Shown: positions 1-10,457, counted from the first letter of the stretch. The stretch: DNA of 64,000 nt from Candidatus Latescibacterota bacterium (GCA_965116885.1 OZ220741.1:3360001-3424000); one strand, 5' to 3'. Notes: generated by a model from the letters alone, not told the origin. Translations and numbers: made by a program.

Positions 1-1035
1 GGTTTAGATGAAAATTTTGGGGCTTCTCTTTCACTGATGATGAAATACGTCCAGAGCCCGACTGCAGATCAGGCCACGCTCGATGAACTCGTCAAAATCA
101 CCCTTGTGCAACGCGAAGATCAAAAAAAGGATCCCCGGTCTCTGCGCAATGCCCTGCGTTTCTACAGTCGCTATGGCGACAATTCGTCGTACAAGCGCCG
201 CATTTCTTCTGAAGCATTGCAAAAGCTCACGGTTGCGGAATTACACGGTTTGATATCCAGTCTGCCGACCTATGAACATGTCCTGATTTACGGTGGTTCC
301 AGGTCGCTGGACGATGTTCTTTCTACGATCAAAGAGCATTTTTCCAACAGTGGTGACTTAAAAACGCCTTCTGCTTATGAACGTCTCGTAGTTCACGCGC
401 CGGACAAAACCGAAATCCGATTCTTTCACAAAGAAACAGCTCAGTCTCAGGTCTTTGTCGAGTCTGGAGGCGTTGTGTTCGATGCAGCCCTCCGTCCGGC
501 TATTGATCTCTACAATGATTATTTTGCCGGAGGTATGTCGGGCATTGTTTTTCAGGAGTTGCGCGAAGCCCGCGCACTGGCTTATTCTACATTTGCGCGG
601 TATGACCTCGGCGATCGCAGCAATGATCAGAATGTCATGTGGGGATATATTGGCTGCCAGGCCGACAAAACCCCGGAGGCAGTTACTGCACTGGTCGAGT
701 TGATTGACGATTTGCCCGAATCGCCCGAGCGTTTTGCAGAAGCCAAAAATTCTGTGGTCAATCGCTATCGCGTCGCGAAGATCAAATACCGCGAGTTGCC
801 CGGTGTGTTGCGTATTTGGGAACGGCGCAACCAGATGCCCGATCCGCGAAAAGAGCGGTTTGATCACATTCTCCAGGCTGAGATGCCGAGTGTGCTTGAT
901 TTCCACAAGCAACATATTGCCAGACGTCCCAAACTCATTTCTATTATGGGCGATACAACCAAATTTGATCTCACCAGTCTGAGGACCCTCGGCGCAGTTA
1001 CGCCCGTAACACTGGATGATTTGTTTGTGGATTAG
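1..1035 (+). CDS. M16 (insulinase-family) zinc peptidase, C-terminal part, 5' truncated by window edge
   Basis: Frame open from base 1; LFQELREARALAYS-type motif (VFQELREARALAYST) typical of M16 C-terminal domains; TAG at 1033-1035. Confidence 0.8.
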   Translation, partial: GLDENFGASLSLMMKYVQSPTADQATLDELVKITLVQREDQKKDPRSLRNALRFYSRYGDNSSYKRRISSEALQKLTVAELHGLISSLPTYEHVLIYGGSRSLDDVLSTIKEHFSNSGDLKTPSAYERLVVHAPDKTEIRFFHKETAQSQVFVESGGVVFDAALRPAIDLYNDYFAGGMSGIVFQELREARALAYSTFARYDLGDRSNDQNVMWGYIGCQADKTPEAVTALVELIDDLPESPERFAEAKNSVVNRYRVAKIKYRELPGVLRIWERRNQMPDPRKERFDHILQAEMPSVLDFHKQHIARRPKLISIMGDTTKFDLTSLRTLGAVTPVTLDDLFVD

Positions 1036-1045
1036 GAGTGATCAG

Positions 1046-2137
1046 ATGAAAATCACCGAGGTAAAAACATATCATTTGCGATATCCCTTGCGAGAGAAGA
1101 TCGCGATTTCGAGGGGATGGTCCACGAGCCGACAGGCGCAGGTCGTGGAGATCGCTACGGATAGTGGTTTGGTTGGGTGGGGTGAGGGGACAGGCGAAAT
1201 CCATCGATCTGCGATTGATGCGCATATTGTGGGGCGCAGTCCGTTTGATTGTGGCGCGATCTATCAGGCGTTGTCCGATGACGGGGTAAGTCCGCAGGCG
1301 ATCAGTGGGATAGATATTGCGTTGTGGGATTTGATGGGCAAGGCTCTCGATATGCCGGTGTATCAATTGTTGGGCGGAAAGGTGAGAGATAAGATTCCCG
1401 CGTATGCCACCGGGTTATTTCGCATAGATCGCCCCGATGTGACACAGGCACTCGTCGATGAGGCAAAGGGATATGTCGATATGGGTTTTCCGGCGATGAA
1501 AATGAAGATCGGATTTGGCGCGGCTTACGATGTGAAAAATGTGACGGCAATTCGGCAGGCAATAGGCGATGATGTGTTATTTGCCGTGGATGCCAATTGC
1601 GGGTATGATGTGGGGACGGCTATCGATGTGGGGCACAAGATCGCACACAATGATTTGTTCTGGTATGAAGAGCCGATACCAACGGATGATGTGCGCGGGT
1701 ATTTGCAGGTGAAAGATGCGTTGCCTATACGCATTGCGGGCGCGGAAGGGCTGGGTGGACGTTGGGCGTTTCGCGAGTTGATTCAGCAGCGGGCACTTGA
1801 TATTGTGCAGCCCGATATCAGTATTGCGGGTGGGTTTAGCGAGTGTCGCATTATTGCGGCGATGGCGAGCGCAAATTATGTGCGGGTTTTGCCGCATATG
1901 TGGGGCAGTCATATTCGGTTGGCGGCGACTGTCCACTGGCAGGCTACCATTCCCGATGCGCCAGATGCGTTGAATCCAATTCCGTCTCTGTTTGAGTACG
2001 ATATGACAGAAAATGAGTTGCGAACGGAGTTGGCTGTAAACCCGATCCAGGCGGTGGATGGCGAAGTGCCCGTGCCCGATGCGCCGGGATTGGGTATTGA
2101 GATTGATCGAGATGTGTTGGAAAAATACGCTGTTTGA
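1046..2137 (+). CDS. Mandelate racemase/muconate lactonizing (enolase superfamily) enzyme
   Basis: AGGAG RBS before ATG 1046; ISGIDIALWDLMGK, KMK, VDAN, WYEEP, PDAPGLGIE motifs. Confidence 0.9.
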   Translation: MKITEVKTYHLRYPLREKIAISRGWSTSRQAQVVEIATDSGLVGWGEGTGEIHRSAIDAHIVGRSPFDCGAIYQALSDDGVSPQAISGIDIALWDLMGKALDMPVYQLLGGKVRDKIPAYATGLFRIDRPDVTQALVDEAKGYVDMGFPAMKMKIGFGAAYDVKNVTAIRQAIGDDVLFAVDANCGYDVGTAIDVGHKIAHNDLFWYEEPIPTDDVRGYLQVKDALPIRIAGAEGLGGRWAFRELIQQRALDIVQPDISIAGGFSECRIIAAMASANYVRVLPHMWGSHIRLAATVHWQATIPDAPDALNPIPSLFEYDMTENELRTELAVNPIQAVDGEVPVPDAPGLGIEIDRDVLEKYAV

Positions 2138-2172
2138 GTTGACGTTCGATAACATAAACACAAGGGACTAAG

Positions 2173-3339
2173 ATGAAAATTCACGAATATCAGGCTAAAG
2201 AAGTTCTCAAATCTTTTGGTGTGCCCGTGCCCAATGGCGCGGTTGCTCGTACTCCCGAGGAGGCCGAATCTATCGCCAAAGACCTCGGCGGTGCAGTGGT
2301 TGTCAAAGCGCAGATCCACGCAGGTGGCCGCGGCAAGGGGGGCGGTATTAAACTCGCAGCCGACCCTGCCGAAGCCAGAGAAGTGGCATCAGAAATTATT
2401 GGCATGCAACTCGTTACTCCGCAGACGGGTTCTGAGGGTCAAAAAGTCAAATCCGTTTGGGTGGAAAATGCGACGGATATTGACCGCGAATTATATTTGG
2501 GTATTGTGCTGGACCGCGCGCAGTCGCGTCTGGTCGTTATGGCTTCCCGTGCGGGTGGCATGGATATTGAGGAGGTTGCTGCGACGACTCCGGAAAAAAT
2601 CCTCAAAGAGGTCGTTCATCCCGGTGTTGGTCTCCAGCCTTTTCAGGCGCGGCATCTCGCACTCGGTCTGGGGCTTGAAGGCGATCAACTCAAACAGGGG
2701 GTTGGTTTTATAACCGCCCTTTACAATGCCTATGAAGAGACCGATTGTTCGCTCGCAGAAATCAATCCTCTCGTGGTGTCCAAAAGTGGTGAGGTTCTGG
2801 CGTTGGATGCCAAGATGAATTTCGATGATAGCGCGATGTATCGCCATTTGAATATCCATGAATTGCGCGATGTTGACGAGGAAGACCCGCTCGAGGTCGA
2901 AGCCTCAAAATATGATCTTAATTATATCAAACTCGATGGGGAAGTCGGCTGTATGGTCAATGGCGCAGGTCTGGCGATGGCTACGATGGATATTGTCAAA
3001 TACGCGGGGTCGTCACCGGCAAATTTTCTCGATGTTGGTGGAGGAACCAATGTCGAGCGCGTCAAGAATGCGATGCGTATTCTCACGTCCGACGAATCGG
3101 TCAAAGCTGTGCTGATCAATATTTTTGGCGGTATTGTGCGCTGCGACCGCGTGGCAGAAGGCGTTGTTGCCGCGCTTGAAGATATCGAAATCAATGTGCC
3201 GCTGGTGGTGCGACTGCAGGGGACGAATGCCGAAGAAGGCGCGCAAATTCTCGAAAATTCAGGTCTTGAATTTACCGTTGCCCGAAAACTTCAGGAAGCC
3301 GCTGAAGCTGTTGTTGCGGCTGTACAGAACGCCGCATAG
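2173..3339 (+). CDS. sucC: Succinyl-CoA ligase (ADP-forming) beta subunit
   Basis: MKIHEYQAK, KAQIHAGGRGKGGG, GCMVNGAGLAMATMD, ANFLDVGGG, NIFGGIVRCD. Confidence 0.97.
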   Translation: MKIHEYQAKEVLKSFGVPVPNGAVARTPEEAESIAKDLGGAVVVKAQIHAGGRGKGGGIKLAADPAEAREVASEIIGMQLVTPQTGSEGQKVKSVWVENATDIDRELYLGIVLDRAQSRLVVMASRAGGMDIEEVAATTPEKILKEVVHPGVGLQPFQARHLALGLGLEGDQLKQGVGFITALYNAYEETDCSLAEINPLVVSKSGEVLALDAKMNFDDSAMYRHLNIHELRDVDEEDPLEVEASKYDLNYIKLDGEVGCMVNGAGLAMATMDIVKYAGSSPANFLDVGGGTNVERVKNAMRILTSDESVKAVLINIFGGIVRCDRVAEGVVAALEDIEINVPLVVRLQGTNAEEGAQILENSGLEFTVARKLQEAAEAVVAAVQNAA

Positions 3340-3363
3340 ACCCGGGTTCAGGGCGTAAAATGC

Positions 3364-3396
3364 AAAGGGGCGCATGATGACAGCGCGCTCCTTTTT
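3364..3396 (+). terminator. Rho-independent terminator after sucC
   Basis: AAAGGGGCGC...GCGCTCCTTT stem followed by T-run. Confidence 0.65.
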
Positions 3397-3411
3397 GTTG
3401 TGTCTTTTGTT

Positions 3412-3443
3412 GACAATATGGCAATGATTTAGACAATATGGCA
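3412..3443. repeat. 12-bp direct repeat GACAATATGGCA x2 (20-bp period), possible activator/operator site
   Basis: Exact copies at 3412-3423 and 3432-3443; first copy overlaps TTGACA at 3410-3415. Confidence 0.55.
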
Positions 3444-3520
3444 GGATTTTCAAAATTGTACAAATTTCAAATTAAAAATAAATAGTTGTTCTATATCAAA
3501 TTACAAATTTTCGGTCTTTA

Positions 3521-3536
3521 TGGTATATATATTGCT
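3521..3536 (+). promoter_or_regulatory. Putative sigma54 (-24/-12) promoter
   Basis: TGGTATATATATTGCT = GG-N10-GC with TTGC, preceded by an AT-rich tract. Confidence 0.45.
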
Positions 3537-3626
3537 TTATAGAATGCGTGTTTAACCCCTCACTGCAATCCTATCTAAAGGGGAACACCCAGAGAAGATC
3601 GCCTCTACTGAAAAATTCTTCGCAAT

Positions 3627-3905
3627 TTGAGGCTCTATATTGACGCTCAGGAGATTGGGTTTGAGTACATCCTCAATCCCGATACTCAAGAACTGCATCG
3701 TGTTGATCCTCAAAATTTTTGGGAATCGCACAACTTAGAAATTGCTGATTTGGAGAACTTTATTGGTTTGACAAATGTTGGTATTCTGCCGATCCATAAA
3801 TTCAAAGATGGTGTAGGAGTACCAGTTTACGATCTCCAGACACGCGATTTGATTGGTGCCTATCGAATCAACAAATGTAAACACTGTTTCTCATCGGCAA
3901 ACTGA
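3627..3905 (+). CDS. Small hypothetical protein with C-terminal CxxC (start uncertain)
   Basis: 92-aa ORF with TTG start and no clear RBS; YILNPDTQELH and NKCKHCF suggest a small metal-binding protein. Confidence 0.6.
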   Translation: MRLYIDAQEIGFEYILNPDTQELHRVDPQNFWESHNLEIADLENFIGLTNVGILPIHKFKDGVGVPVYDLQTRDLIGAYRINKCKHCFSSAN

Positions 3906-4041
3906 GGTAATACTTCCGAAATTAGGCGCAAAACAGAAGAAACTATTGATGTGACTTTGGTTTGATATCTTTTGTGAACTTCGCCATCAAATACTGTATT
4001 TGGGTTGGGACTCAAAAGTGACTAAACATGGGAGATAAATT

Positions 4042-6810
4042 ATGACCGAATGTACATGGAATGGTGCACGATGGTGGAAGTTCGATATTCACGCGCATAC
4101 CCCAGCCTCTAAGGATTATGGGAAGGGTAATAGCCAGCCATCACTTCAGGACTTATCTCCCAAGAAATGGTTGCTCAACTACATGCGAGCCGGTATAGAT
4201 TGTATTGCGATTACAGATCACAACACTGGCGCTTGGATTGATCCTGTCAAGAAGGCACTCGGCGAACTCGAGTCAGAGAAACCGGAGGGTTTCAGACCAC
4301 TTTACGTGTTTCCTGGTGTGGAAATTTCGATCTACGGCGGTGTGCATCTCTTGGCGATTTTGGGATGCGATAAGACCACGTCGGACATTGACTCCCTCCT
4401 CGGCGCCGTTGGATTTCCTTCTACAAAGAAAGGTTCGAGCGACGCTGTCACAACCAAGACATTTACCGAAGTAGTAGAGGCCATTATCGCGGCAAATGGC
4501 ATTGCTATTCCCGCTCATGTGGATGATTGCAACGGGCTTTTTCGGTTGCAGGGAACGACATTGCAGCAAGTATTGGACTGCAAAGATATTTTCGCCATGG
4601 AGGTAAGGAATCCAACATATCCGAAACCACAAACTTATAAGGTCAAAGATCTAAGTTGGACAGAAATCCTTGGCTCGGATGCTCACCACCCTTCAGGTAA
4701 CGTGGGACAGTCATTTCCGGGCAGCCACTTTACTTGGATCAAGATGGGGTTGCCCAGCATTGAGGGGTTACGGTTGGCCTTATTGGACGGTGCGCTTTCC
4801 GTGGAACGCTCCGACCAAAATACAGGCGACTTGAACGAGTACGCGCCATTGACATTGGATGCCATCGAAGTTTCTAAAGCCCGCTACATGGGACGCTCCC
4901 AGTCCTTCACGATTGGGTTCAATCCCTGGTTTAATGCCATCATTGGAGGCCGGGGCACAGGTAAATCGACTGTTGTGGAGTTCCTTCGTATTGCTTTGCG
5001 TCGGGAAGATGAATTGCCAGAAACTTTGCAATCGGAATTCGAACAGTATAGCAAAGTCTATCCATATAGAGAAGAGAGTGGACTGCTTACAAACGAGGCA
5101 AGCATCCGAGTGATTTGTCGGAAAGACAGCGACCGGTTTCGCATCCAGTGGAATCCATCCGGTGGCCTTGAACCTATTGAACAAGAAATCGATGGACAAT
5201 GGCAACGCGCAGAAGGCGACATTCGGCAACGGTTTCCTGTGCGAATTTATAGCCAGAAACAGGTATTCCAACTCGCAAGAACACCTCTTGCATTACTTAA
5301 AATTATCGATGAAGCTCCAAGAGTTGATTACCATGCCTGGTCTGAAAAACGGAAGGTAGAAGAAAATCGCTTTCTTTCTATACGTGCTAGGTCTAGAGAA
5401 CTCAAGGCCGGTCTTGGCGAAGAGCCTCGTCTTCGGGGAGAACTAGACGACGTAAAACGAAGGCTGGCCATCTTTGAACAGTCGGGACACGCGGAAATTC
5501 TTAAATCCTTTCAAAAACGAAGCCGCCAGTATCGGGAGATTGAGGCCTGGGAAAAAAGCTGGACCGGAATAGGAGAATTATTGCGCAAAGTCGCGGCTGA
5601 AATTGTGCCAGATCTTCCGGAGGATTCCCTTTTCAATTGGGATTCAGCACCAGATAAGGAATTGCAGAAGCATACCGCTAAGACGAGAGATCATCTGGAT
5701 GAAATCCGCAAATCGGTTGAAAATCTGGCATCAAAAACGAATGACATTATCGCAGAGTGGCGAAAAAACAAGGAAAAGTCATCATGGAAACACAGCGTTG
5801 ATGCTGCCACGCAAGCCTACCGAAAGTTGCAAGACGACTTGGCGCAAGAAGGGATTAGCGACCCTGCAGCTTACGGCGAACTCGTGCAGCGTCGGCAAAT
5901 CATTGAGCAACGGTTAAAGGAACTGGATGAACGAAAACAACAGGTTGATGATCTAAATCAGGAAGCTGATGCATGCCTACAAAATTTGTTAAAAATTCGT
6001 CAAGACCTGACGGCATCCCGGCAGAAATTTCTCAAGCAGGTCCTCATGGACAACGAGTATGTCCGGATACAAGTCGCTCCTTACGGAGCGCGAGAGATGG
6101 TCGAAAGTGAGTTTCGCCAAATACTCCAAAGACAGGATGGAACCTTTGAGAAAGACATTGGTTCGCCGGATGGCGAGGGATTGCTTGGTGAACTTTATGA
6201 GAAAGATGATGGTGCAAAGGTAATTGAAGAGAATCTCGTAAACATTAAAACCCATATCAAAAAGATCGCCTCGGGTGAATACGACACAGGAACAGTGGCA
6301 GACCGGCGTTTTGCTACCCATGTCGGTAGTCTTCCGCCTGAATCGCTTGACCGCCTCGACCTGTGGTTTCCGGAAGATTCTTTAGAGGTTCAATATAGCG
6401 CAAGAGGTGATGGACAGCGTTTTCTTTCAATACAGGAAGGTTCGCCCGGTCAAAAGACCGCAGCACTCTTGGCATTTCTGCTTTCTTACGGGAACGAACC
6501 GCTGATCTTAGATCAGCCCGAAGACGATTTGGACAACCACCTCATCTACGATTTGATCGTAACCCAATTACGGGCGATCAAACGCCATCGACAGGTCATA
6601 GTGGTCACGCACAATGCGAATATCGTCGTCAATGGCGATGCCGAGCAGGTGTTAGCACTTGCAGCGCGTGGTGGAGAAACGCAAAAAGAGTGCGAAGGTA
6701 GTCTGCAAGAGCAACAGGTTAGAGATACTATTTGTACCGTCATGGAGGGTGGGCGCAGGGCTTTTGATGATCGTTATCGCCGCATCGCATTGGAAGGACG
6801 ACATGTTTAA
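4042..6810 (+). CDS. PHP phosphoesterase-ABC/SMC-like ATPase fusion (Ppl/TrlF-like), putative anti-phage protein
   Basis: PHP motifs DIHAHT, AITDHN, PGVEI, PAHV, GSDAHH; Walker A GGRGTGKS; coiled-coil middle; GSPGQKT signature; Walker B LILDQPEDDLD; VVTHN. Confidence 0.88.
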   Translation: MTECTWNGARWWKFDIHAHTPASKDYGKGNSQPSLQDLSPKKWLLNYMRAGIDCIAITDHNTGAWIDPVKKALGELESEKPEGFRPLYVFPGVEISIYGGVHLLAILGCDKTTSDIDSLLGAVGFPSTKKGSSDAVTTKTFTEVVEAIIAANGIAIPAHVDDCNGLFRLQGTTLQQVLDCKDIFAMEVRNPTYPKPQTYKVKDLSWTEILGSDAHHPSGNVGQSFPGSHFTWIKMGLPSIEGLRLALLDGALSVERSDQNTGDLNEYAPLTLDAIEVSKARYMGRSQSFTIGFNPWFNAIIGGRGTGKSTVVEFLRIALRREDELPETLQSEFEQYSKVYPYREESGLLTNEASIRVICRKDSDRFRIQWNPSGGLEPIEQEIDGQWQRAEGDIRQRFPVRIYSQKQVFQLARTPLALLKIIDEAPRVDYHAWSEKRKVEENRFLSIRARSRELKAGLGEEPRLRGELDDVKRRLAIFEQSGHAEILKSFQKRSRQYREIEAWEKSWTGIGELLRKVAAEIVPDLPEDSLFNWDSAPDKELQKHTAKTRDHLDEIRKSVENLASKTNDIIAEWRKNKEKSSWKHSVDAATQAYRKLQDDLAQEGISDPAAYGELVQRRQIIEQRLKELDERKQQVDDLNQEADACLQNLLKIRQDLTASRQKFLKQVLMDNEYVRIQVAPYGAREMVESEFRQILQRQDGTFEKDIGSPDGEGLLGELYEKDDGAKVIEENLVNIKTHIKKIASGEYDTGTVADRRFATHVGSLPPESLDRLDLWFPEDSLEVQYSARGDGQRFLSIQEGSPGQKTAALLAFLLSYGNEPLILDQPEDDLDNHLIYDLIVTQLRAIKRHRQVIVVTHNANIVVNGDAEQVLALAARGGETQKECEGSLQEQQVRDTICTVMEGGRRAFDDRYRRIALEGRHV

Positions 6811-8050
6811 TAGCCCGGAAGAACTGTTGCAGAAGATACGCCTTGGAGAAGATACGTCCCTTGAATTCAAGGCAGTTCGATTCAGGGGTGGTCGGGTTTC
6901 CGATCCACGTCGCGATGCTCTGGCCGACGAATTGGCGGCCATCGCCAATACGCACGACGGGGTGCTTGTTTTGGGTGTAGATGATATGACGCGGGATATC
7001 GTCGGAATTTCGATAGATGGCCTTGAGGTCGTCGAACGATATGTGTATGAAATTTGCAACGAGAGCATTACGCCGCCGATTCCTTTTCGTTCTTTTCGCA
7101 TGCAACTTCCCGATAGCACAGGGGAACTTCAGCCCGTGCTTACAGTAGAAATTTCGCGTAGCCTTTTTGTTCACAGGAGTCCCGGGGGATATTTCTTTCG
7201 GCAAGGAAGCTCAAAACGAGAGATGCAGCCTGATTACTTGGCGCGACTGTTCCAGCAGCGAAGCCAAGTCCGACTAATTCGATTCGAGGAACAATCAGTG
7301 CCGCAATCGAGTAAGGACGATTTATCCGAAAAGTTGTGGGCCAACTATACAACACGGTCTGATGAATCCACGGATATCGTGCTCCTTAAACGAGGTCTTT
7401 TGTCGAAGGGAGAAAGCGGCGCAGTAATGGCTTCGGTCGCTGGCATTCTGTTCTGTTGCGAGAATCCAGAGCACTTTTTGCCCAATGCTTATATTGAAGC
7501 TGTGCGATATCGTGGGAAAAACCAGGATTCCAATTACCAGATAGACGCACAAAGAATTTGCGGCCCGCTGAATCAACAGATTGAACAAGCAATGGCCTTT
7601 CTCAGGAAAAATCAGACAATCTCTGCCGTAAAGAGGCCGCATAGAATCGAACAGAAGCAATTCAGCGAGAGAGCGATTTTTGAAGCACTGGTCAATGCTG
7701 TGGCGCACCGCGATTACTCCATTTCTGCCTCAAAAATTCGGTTCTTGATTTTTGATGACCGATTAGAAATTTATTCGCCGGGTACTCTTCCCAACACTGT
7801 GACTATTGATAGCATCGCTCTTCGTCAGGCGACCCGAAATGAACTGATCACAAGTCTGCTTGCAGAAACGCCAGTGGCGGAAAGAGTTGGTGATGTGGGA
7901 CGAGGTTTTTACATGGAAAAGCGGGGCGAGGGCGTTCCCATCATTGTAAGCGAAAGCGAAAAACTCTCTGGTAAGAAGCCTATCTACCAATTGATTGACG
8001 ATTCCGAATTGCTGCTAACCATTTTTTCAAATCGGACTGAGGAGGCCTGA
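6803..8050 (+). CDS. Schlafen/AlbA_2 domain plus HATPase_c_4 (RecG C-terminal-like) protein
   Basis: ATG 6803 overlaps upstream stop by 8 nt; GEDTSLEFK and AAIANTHDGVLVLGV (AlbA_2); EALVNAVAHRDY, IYSPG, MEKRGEGV (HATPase_c_4). Confidence 0.88.
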   Translation: MFNSPEELLQKIRLGEDTSLEFKAVRFRGGRVSDPRRDALADELAAIANTHDGVLVLGVDDMTRDIVGISIDGLEVVERYVYEICNESITPPIPFRSFRMQLPDSTGELQPVLTVEISRSLFVHRSPGGYFFRQGSSKREMQPDYLARLFQQRSQVRLIRFEEQSVPQSSKDDLSEKLWANYTTRSDESTDIVLLKRGLLSKGESGAVMASVAGILFCCENPEHFLPNAYIEAVRYRGKNQDSNYQIDAQRICGPLNQQIEQAMAFLRKNQTISAVKRPHRIEQKQFSERAIFEALVNAVAHRDYSISASKIRFLIFDDRLEIYSPGTLPNTVTIDSIALRQATRNELITSLLAETPVAERVGDVGRGFYMEKRGEGVPIIVSESEKLSGKKPIYQLIDDSELLLTIFSNRTEEA

Positions 8051-8108
8051 TACAGGAACTGACCGAGCCAACTTAGCAGCATCACACCAACCCTAAGCAG
8101 AGGTTTTT

Positions 8109-8414
8109 ATGCCGACTTATGAATATGCATGTACTGCATGCGAGCACGAATTTGAAACTTTTCACTCCATCACCGCCGATCCCATTCGCCTGTGTCCCGA
8201 ATGCGGTGAGCAAAAAGTTGAGCGTCTCATCAGCGGCGGTGCAGGTCTGATCTTTAAGGGGTCGGGTTTTTATATCACTGATTATCGAAGTGAAGGATAC
8301 AAGGAAGCGGCTAAGAAAGATAAAGAAGCAGCCAGCGGTAAAAAATCTGACAAAAAGAAATCAGAGACCAAAAAGACCTCTGAATCAAAAAGTTCGGATA
8401 CCAAAGCAGCATAA
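8109..8414 (+). CDS. FmdB-family zinc-ribbon protein
   Basis: MPTYEYACTAC...CPECG...FKGSGFYITDY with Lys/Ser-rich tail. Confidence 0.9.
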   Translation: MPTYEYACTACEHEFETFHSITADPIRLCPECGEQKVERLISGGAGLIFKGSGFYITDYRSEGYKEAAKKDKEAASGKKSDKKKSETKKTSESKSSDTKAA

Positions 8415-8478
8415 AAAAGGAAATTATATTCTATCATGTCCCGTGCTCTGACATGGGAGCCAAACAAGGAGACAAAAC

Positions 8479-10404
8479 ATGAGCAACGTAATAGGCATTG
8501 ATCTGGGAACGACCAACTCTTGTGTCGCTGTGATGGAAGGCGGCGACCCGGTTGTTGTTCCAAATTCAGAAGGGGGGCGCACCACGCCCTCTGTCGTTGC
8601 ATTCGCACAAGATGGGGAGCGCCTCATTGGTGAGGTTGCCAAACGGCAGGCTGTGACCAATCCGGCTAAGACCATTTATTCCATCAAGCGATTTATGGGG
8701 CGCCGCCGCGAAGAGGTGGGCACTGAAATTTCCGAAGTGCCCTACACGGTTACGAGTGACGCCAATGGGCTGGCATCTGTACAGCTTGACGACAAGACAT
8801 ATACCCCGCCCGAGATTTCGGCGATGGTGCTTCAAAAGATGAAGCAAACTGCTGAAGATTATCTCGGCGAAACTGTCACGCAGGCTGTGGTCACGGTTCC
8901 CGCATATTTTAACGATGCACAGCGGCAGGCTACCAAAGATGCTGGCAAAATTGCTGGCCTCGATGTGTTGCGCATTGTCAATGAACCAACGGCTGCATCG
9001 CTGGCTTATGGCCTGGACAAAAAGAGCGATGAAAAAATCGCGGTTTTTGATCTCGGTGGTGGTACATTTGACATTTCTATTTTGGAACTGGGCGATGGCG
9101 TTTTTGAAGTCAAATCGACCAATGGCGATACCCATTTGGGTGGCGATGACTTTGATCAGCGCGTCATTGACTTTCTGGCTGAGGAATTTTTGAAAGACAA
9201 TAGCGTGGATTTGCGCCAGGATCCCATGGCTTTGCAACGCCTGAAAGAAGCGGCAGAAAAAGCCAAGTGCGAACTATCGACTTCCGCATCTACCGATATC
9301 AATCTGCCGTTTATCACAGCCGATGCATCTGGTCCCAAGCATCTCAATGTCAACTTGTCACGCGCTCGATTTGAGCAACTCGTTGATGATCTCGTCCAGC
9401 GCACGAAAGGGCCTTGTGAGCAGGCGATTCGGGACGCCGGTCTTTCGGCTTCTGATATCGATGAGGTGATTCTGGTGGGCGGTTCAACGCGTATCCCCAA
9501 AGTACAGGAAATTGTGCAGGACGTTTTTGGCAAAGAGCCTAACAGAGGGGTAAATCCCGATGAAGTCGTCGCCATTGGCGCAGCTATTCAAGCGGGTGTG
9601 CTTTCGGGCGATGTGACCGATGTGCTGCTGCTCGACGTGACGCCGCTCTCGCTGGGTATTGAAACGCTCGGCGGCGTGATGACGCGCCTTATTGATCGCA
9701 ACACTACAATTCCATCGAAAAAGGCCGAAGTGTTTTCAACCGCTGCCGACAGCCAGCCGTCGGTGGAGATTCACGTTTTGCAGGGCGAGCGCGATATGTC
9801 AGTAGATAATCGCACCATTGGTCGGTTCCATCTCGATGGCATTCCACCTGCGCCGCGCGGTGTGCCGCAGATTGAGGTTACGTTTGATATCGATGCAAAT
9901 GGTATTCTCAATGTCTCGGCAAAGGACAAGGGTACGGGCAAAGAGCAGAATATTCGCATTGAAGCCTCGTCGGGGTTGTCAGACGCAGAAATTGATAAAA
10001 TGGTCAATGACGCTCAGGCTAATGCAGCCGAAGACAAGAAGAAACGCGAGGCTGTGGAAATCAAAAATGCGGCTGAGCAGCAGGTGCATCAGACCGAAAA
10101 ACAGATGGAAGAGATGGGCGATAAAGTCAGCGCTGAGACGAAGGCCAAAGTGACAGAGGCTGTTGATAAGGTCAAAGATGCCCTCAAGGGAGACAATGTC
10201 GATGCGATTAAATCGGCGAACGAAAATCTTACCCAGGTATGGCATCAGGTTGCGAGTGAACTCTATCAACAAGCTTCAGCAGACGAGGCACCGCCTCAGG
10301 GTGCGCCAGGAGAGCCACCACCAGGTGGCGCAGAAGGTCCCAAACAGAGCGACGATGGGACTGTTGATGCTGAATATGAAGTTGTAGATGATAAGAAGAA
10401 GTAA
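8479..10404 (+). CDS. dnaK: Molecular chaperone DnaK
   Basis: [37 protein letters not shown]-terminal DAEYEVVD. Confidence 0.98.
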   Translation: MSNVIGIDLGTTNSCVAVMEGGDPVVVPNSEGGRTTPSVVAFAQDGERLIGEVAKRQAVTNPAKTIYSIKRFMGRRREEVGTEISEVPYTVTSDANGLASVQLDDKTYTPPEISAMVLQKMKQTAEDYLGETVTQAVVTVPAYFNDAQRQATKDAGKIAGLDVLRIVNEPTAASLAYGLDKKSDEKIAVFDLGGGTFDISILELGDGVFEVKSTNGDTHLGGDDFDQRVIDFLAEEFLKDNSVDLRQDPMALQRLKEAAEKAKCELSTSASTDINLPFITADASGPKHLNVNLSRARFEQLVDDLVQRTKGPCEQAIRDAGLSASDIDEVILVGGSTRIPKVQEIVQDVFGKEPNRGVNPDEVVAIGAAIQAGVLSGDVTDVLLLDVTPLSLGIETLGGVMTRLIDRNTTIPSKKAEVFSTAADSQPSVEIHVLQGERDMSVDNRTIGRFHLDGIPPAPRGVPQIEVTFDIDANGILNVSAKDKGTGKEQNIRIEASSGLSDAEIDKMVNDAQANAAEDKKKREAVEIKNAAEQQVHQTEKQMEEMGDKVSAETKAKVTEAVDKVKDALKGDNVDAIKSANENLTQVWHQVASELYQQASADEAPPQGAPGEPPPGGAEGPKQSDDGTVDAEYEVVDDKKK

Positions 10405-10421
10405 AGGCTGGATATTACAAT

Positions 10422-10457
10422 AAAACGCCGAGGGCAAAAGTCCTCGGCGTTTTTGTT
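10422..10457. terminator. Bidirectional rho-independent terminator
   Basis: AAAACGCCGAGG-loop-CCTCGGCGTTTT between convergent genes. Confidence 0.85.

Noticed and set aside
6659..6802. Longer N-terminus for the AlbA_2 protein given by the ORF track
   Set aside because: Lies inside the ATPase gene; ATG 6803 has a GGAAGG RBS and precedes the domain start
8072..8100. CIRCE element upstream of FmdB/dnaK (TTAGCAGC...)
   Set aside because: Only a partial left arm; no GAGTGCTAA right arm at 9-nt spacing
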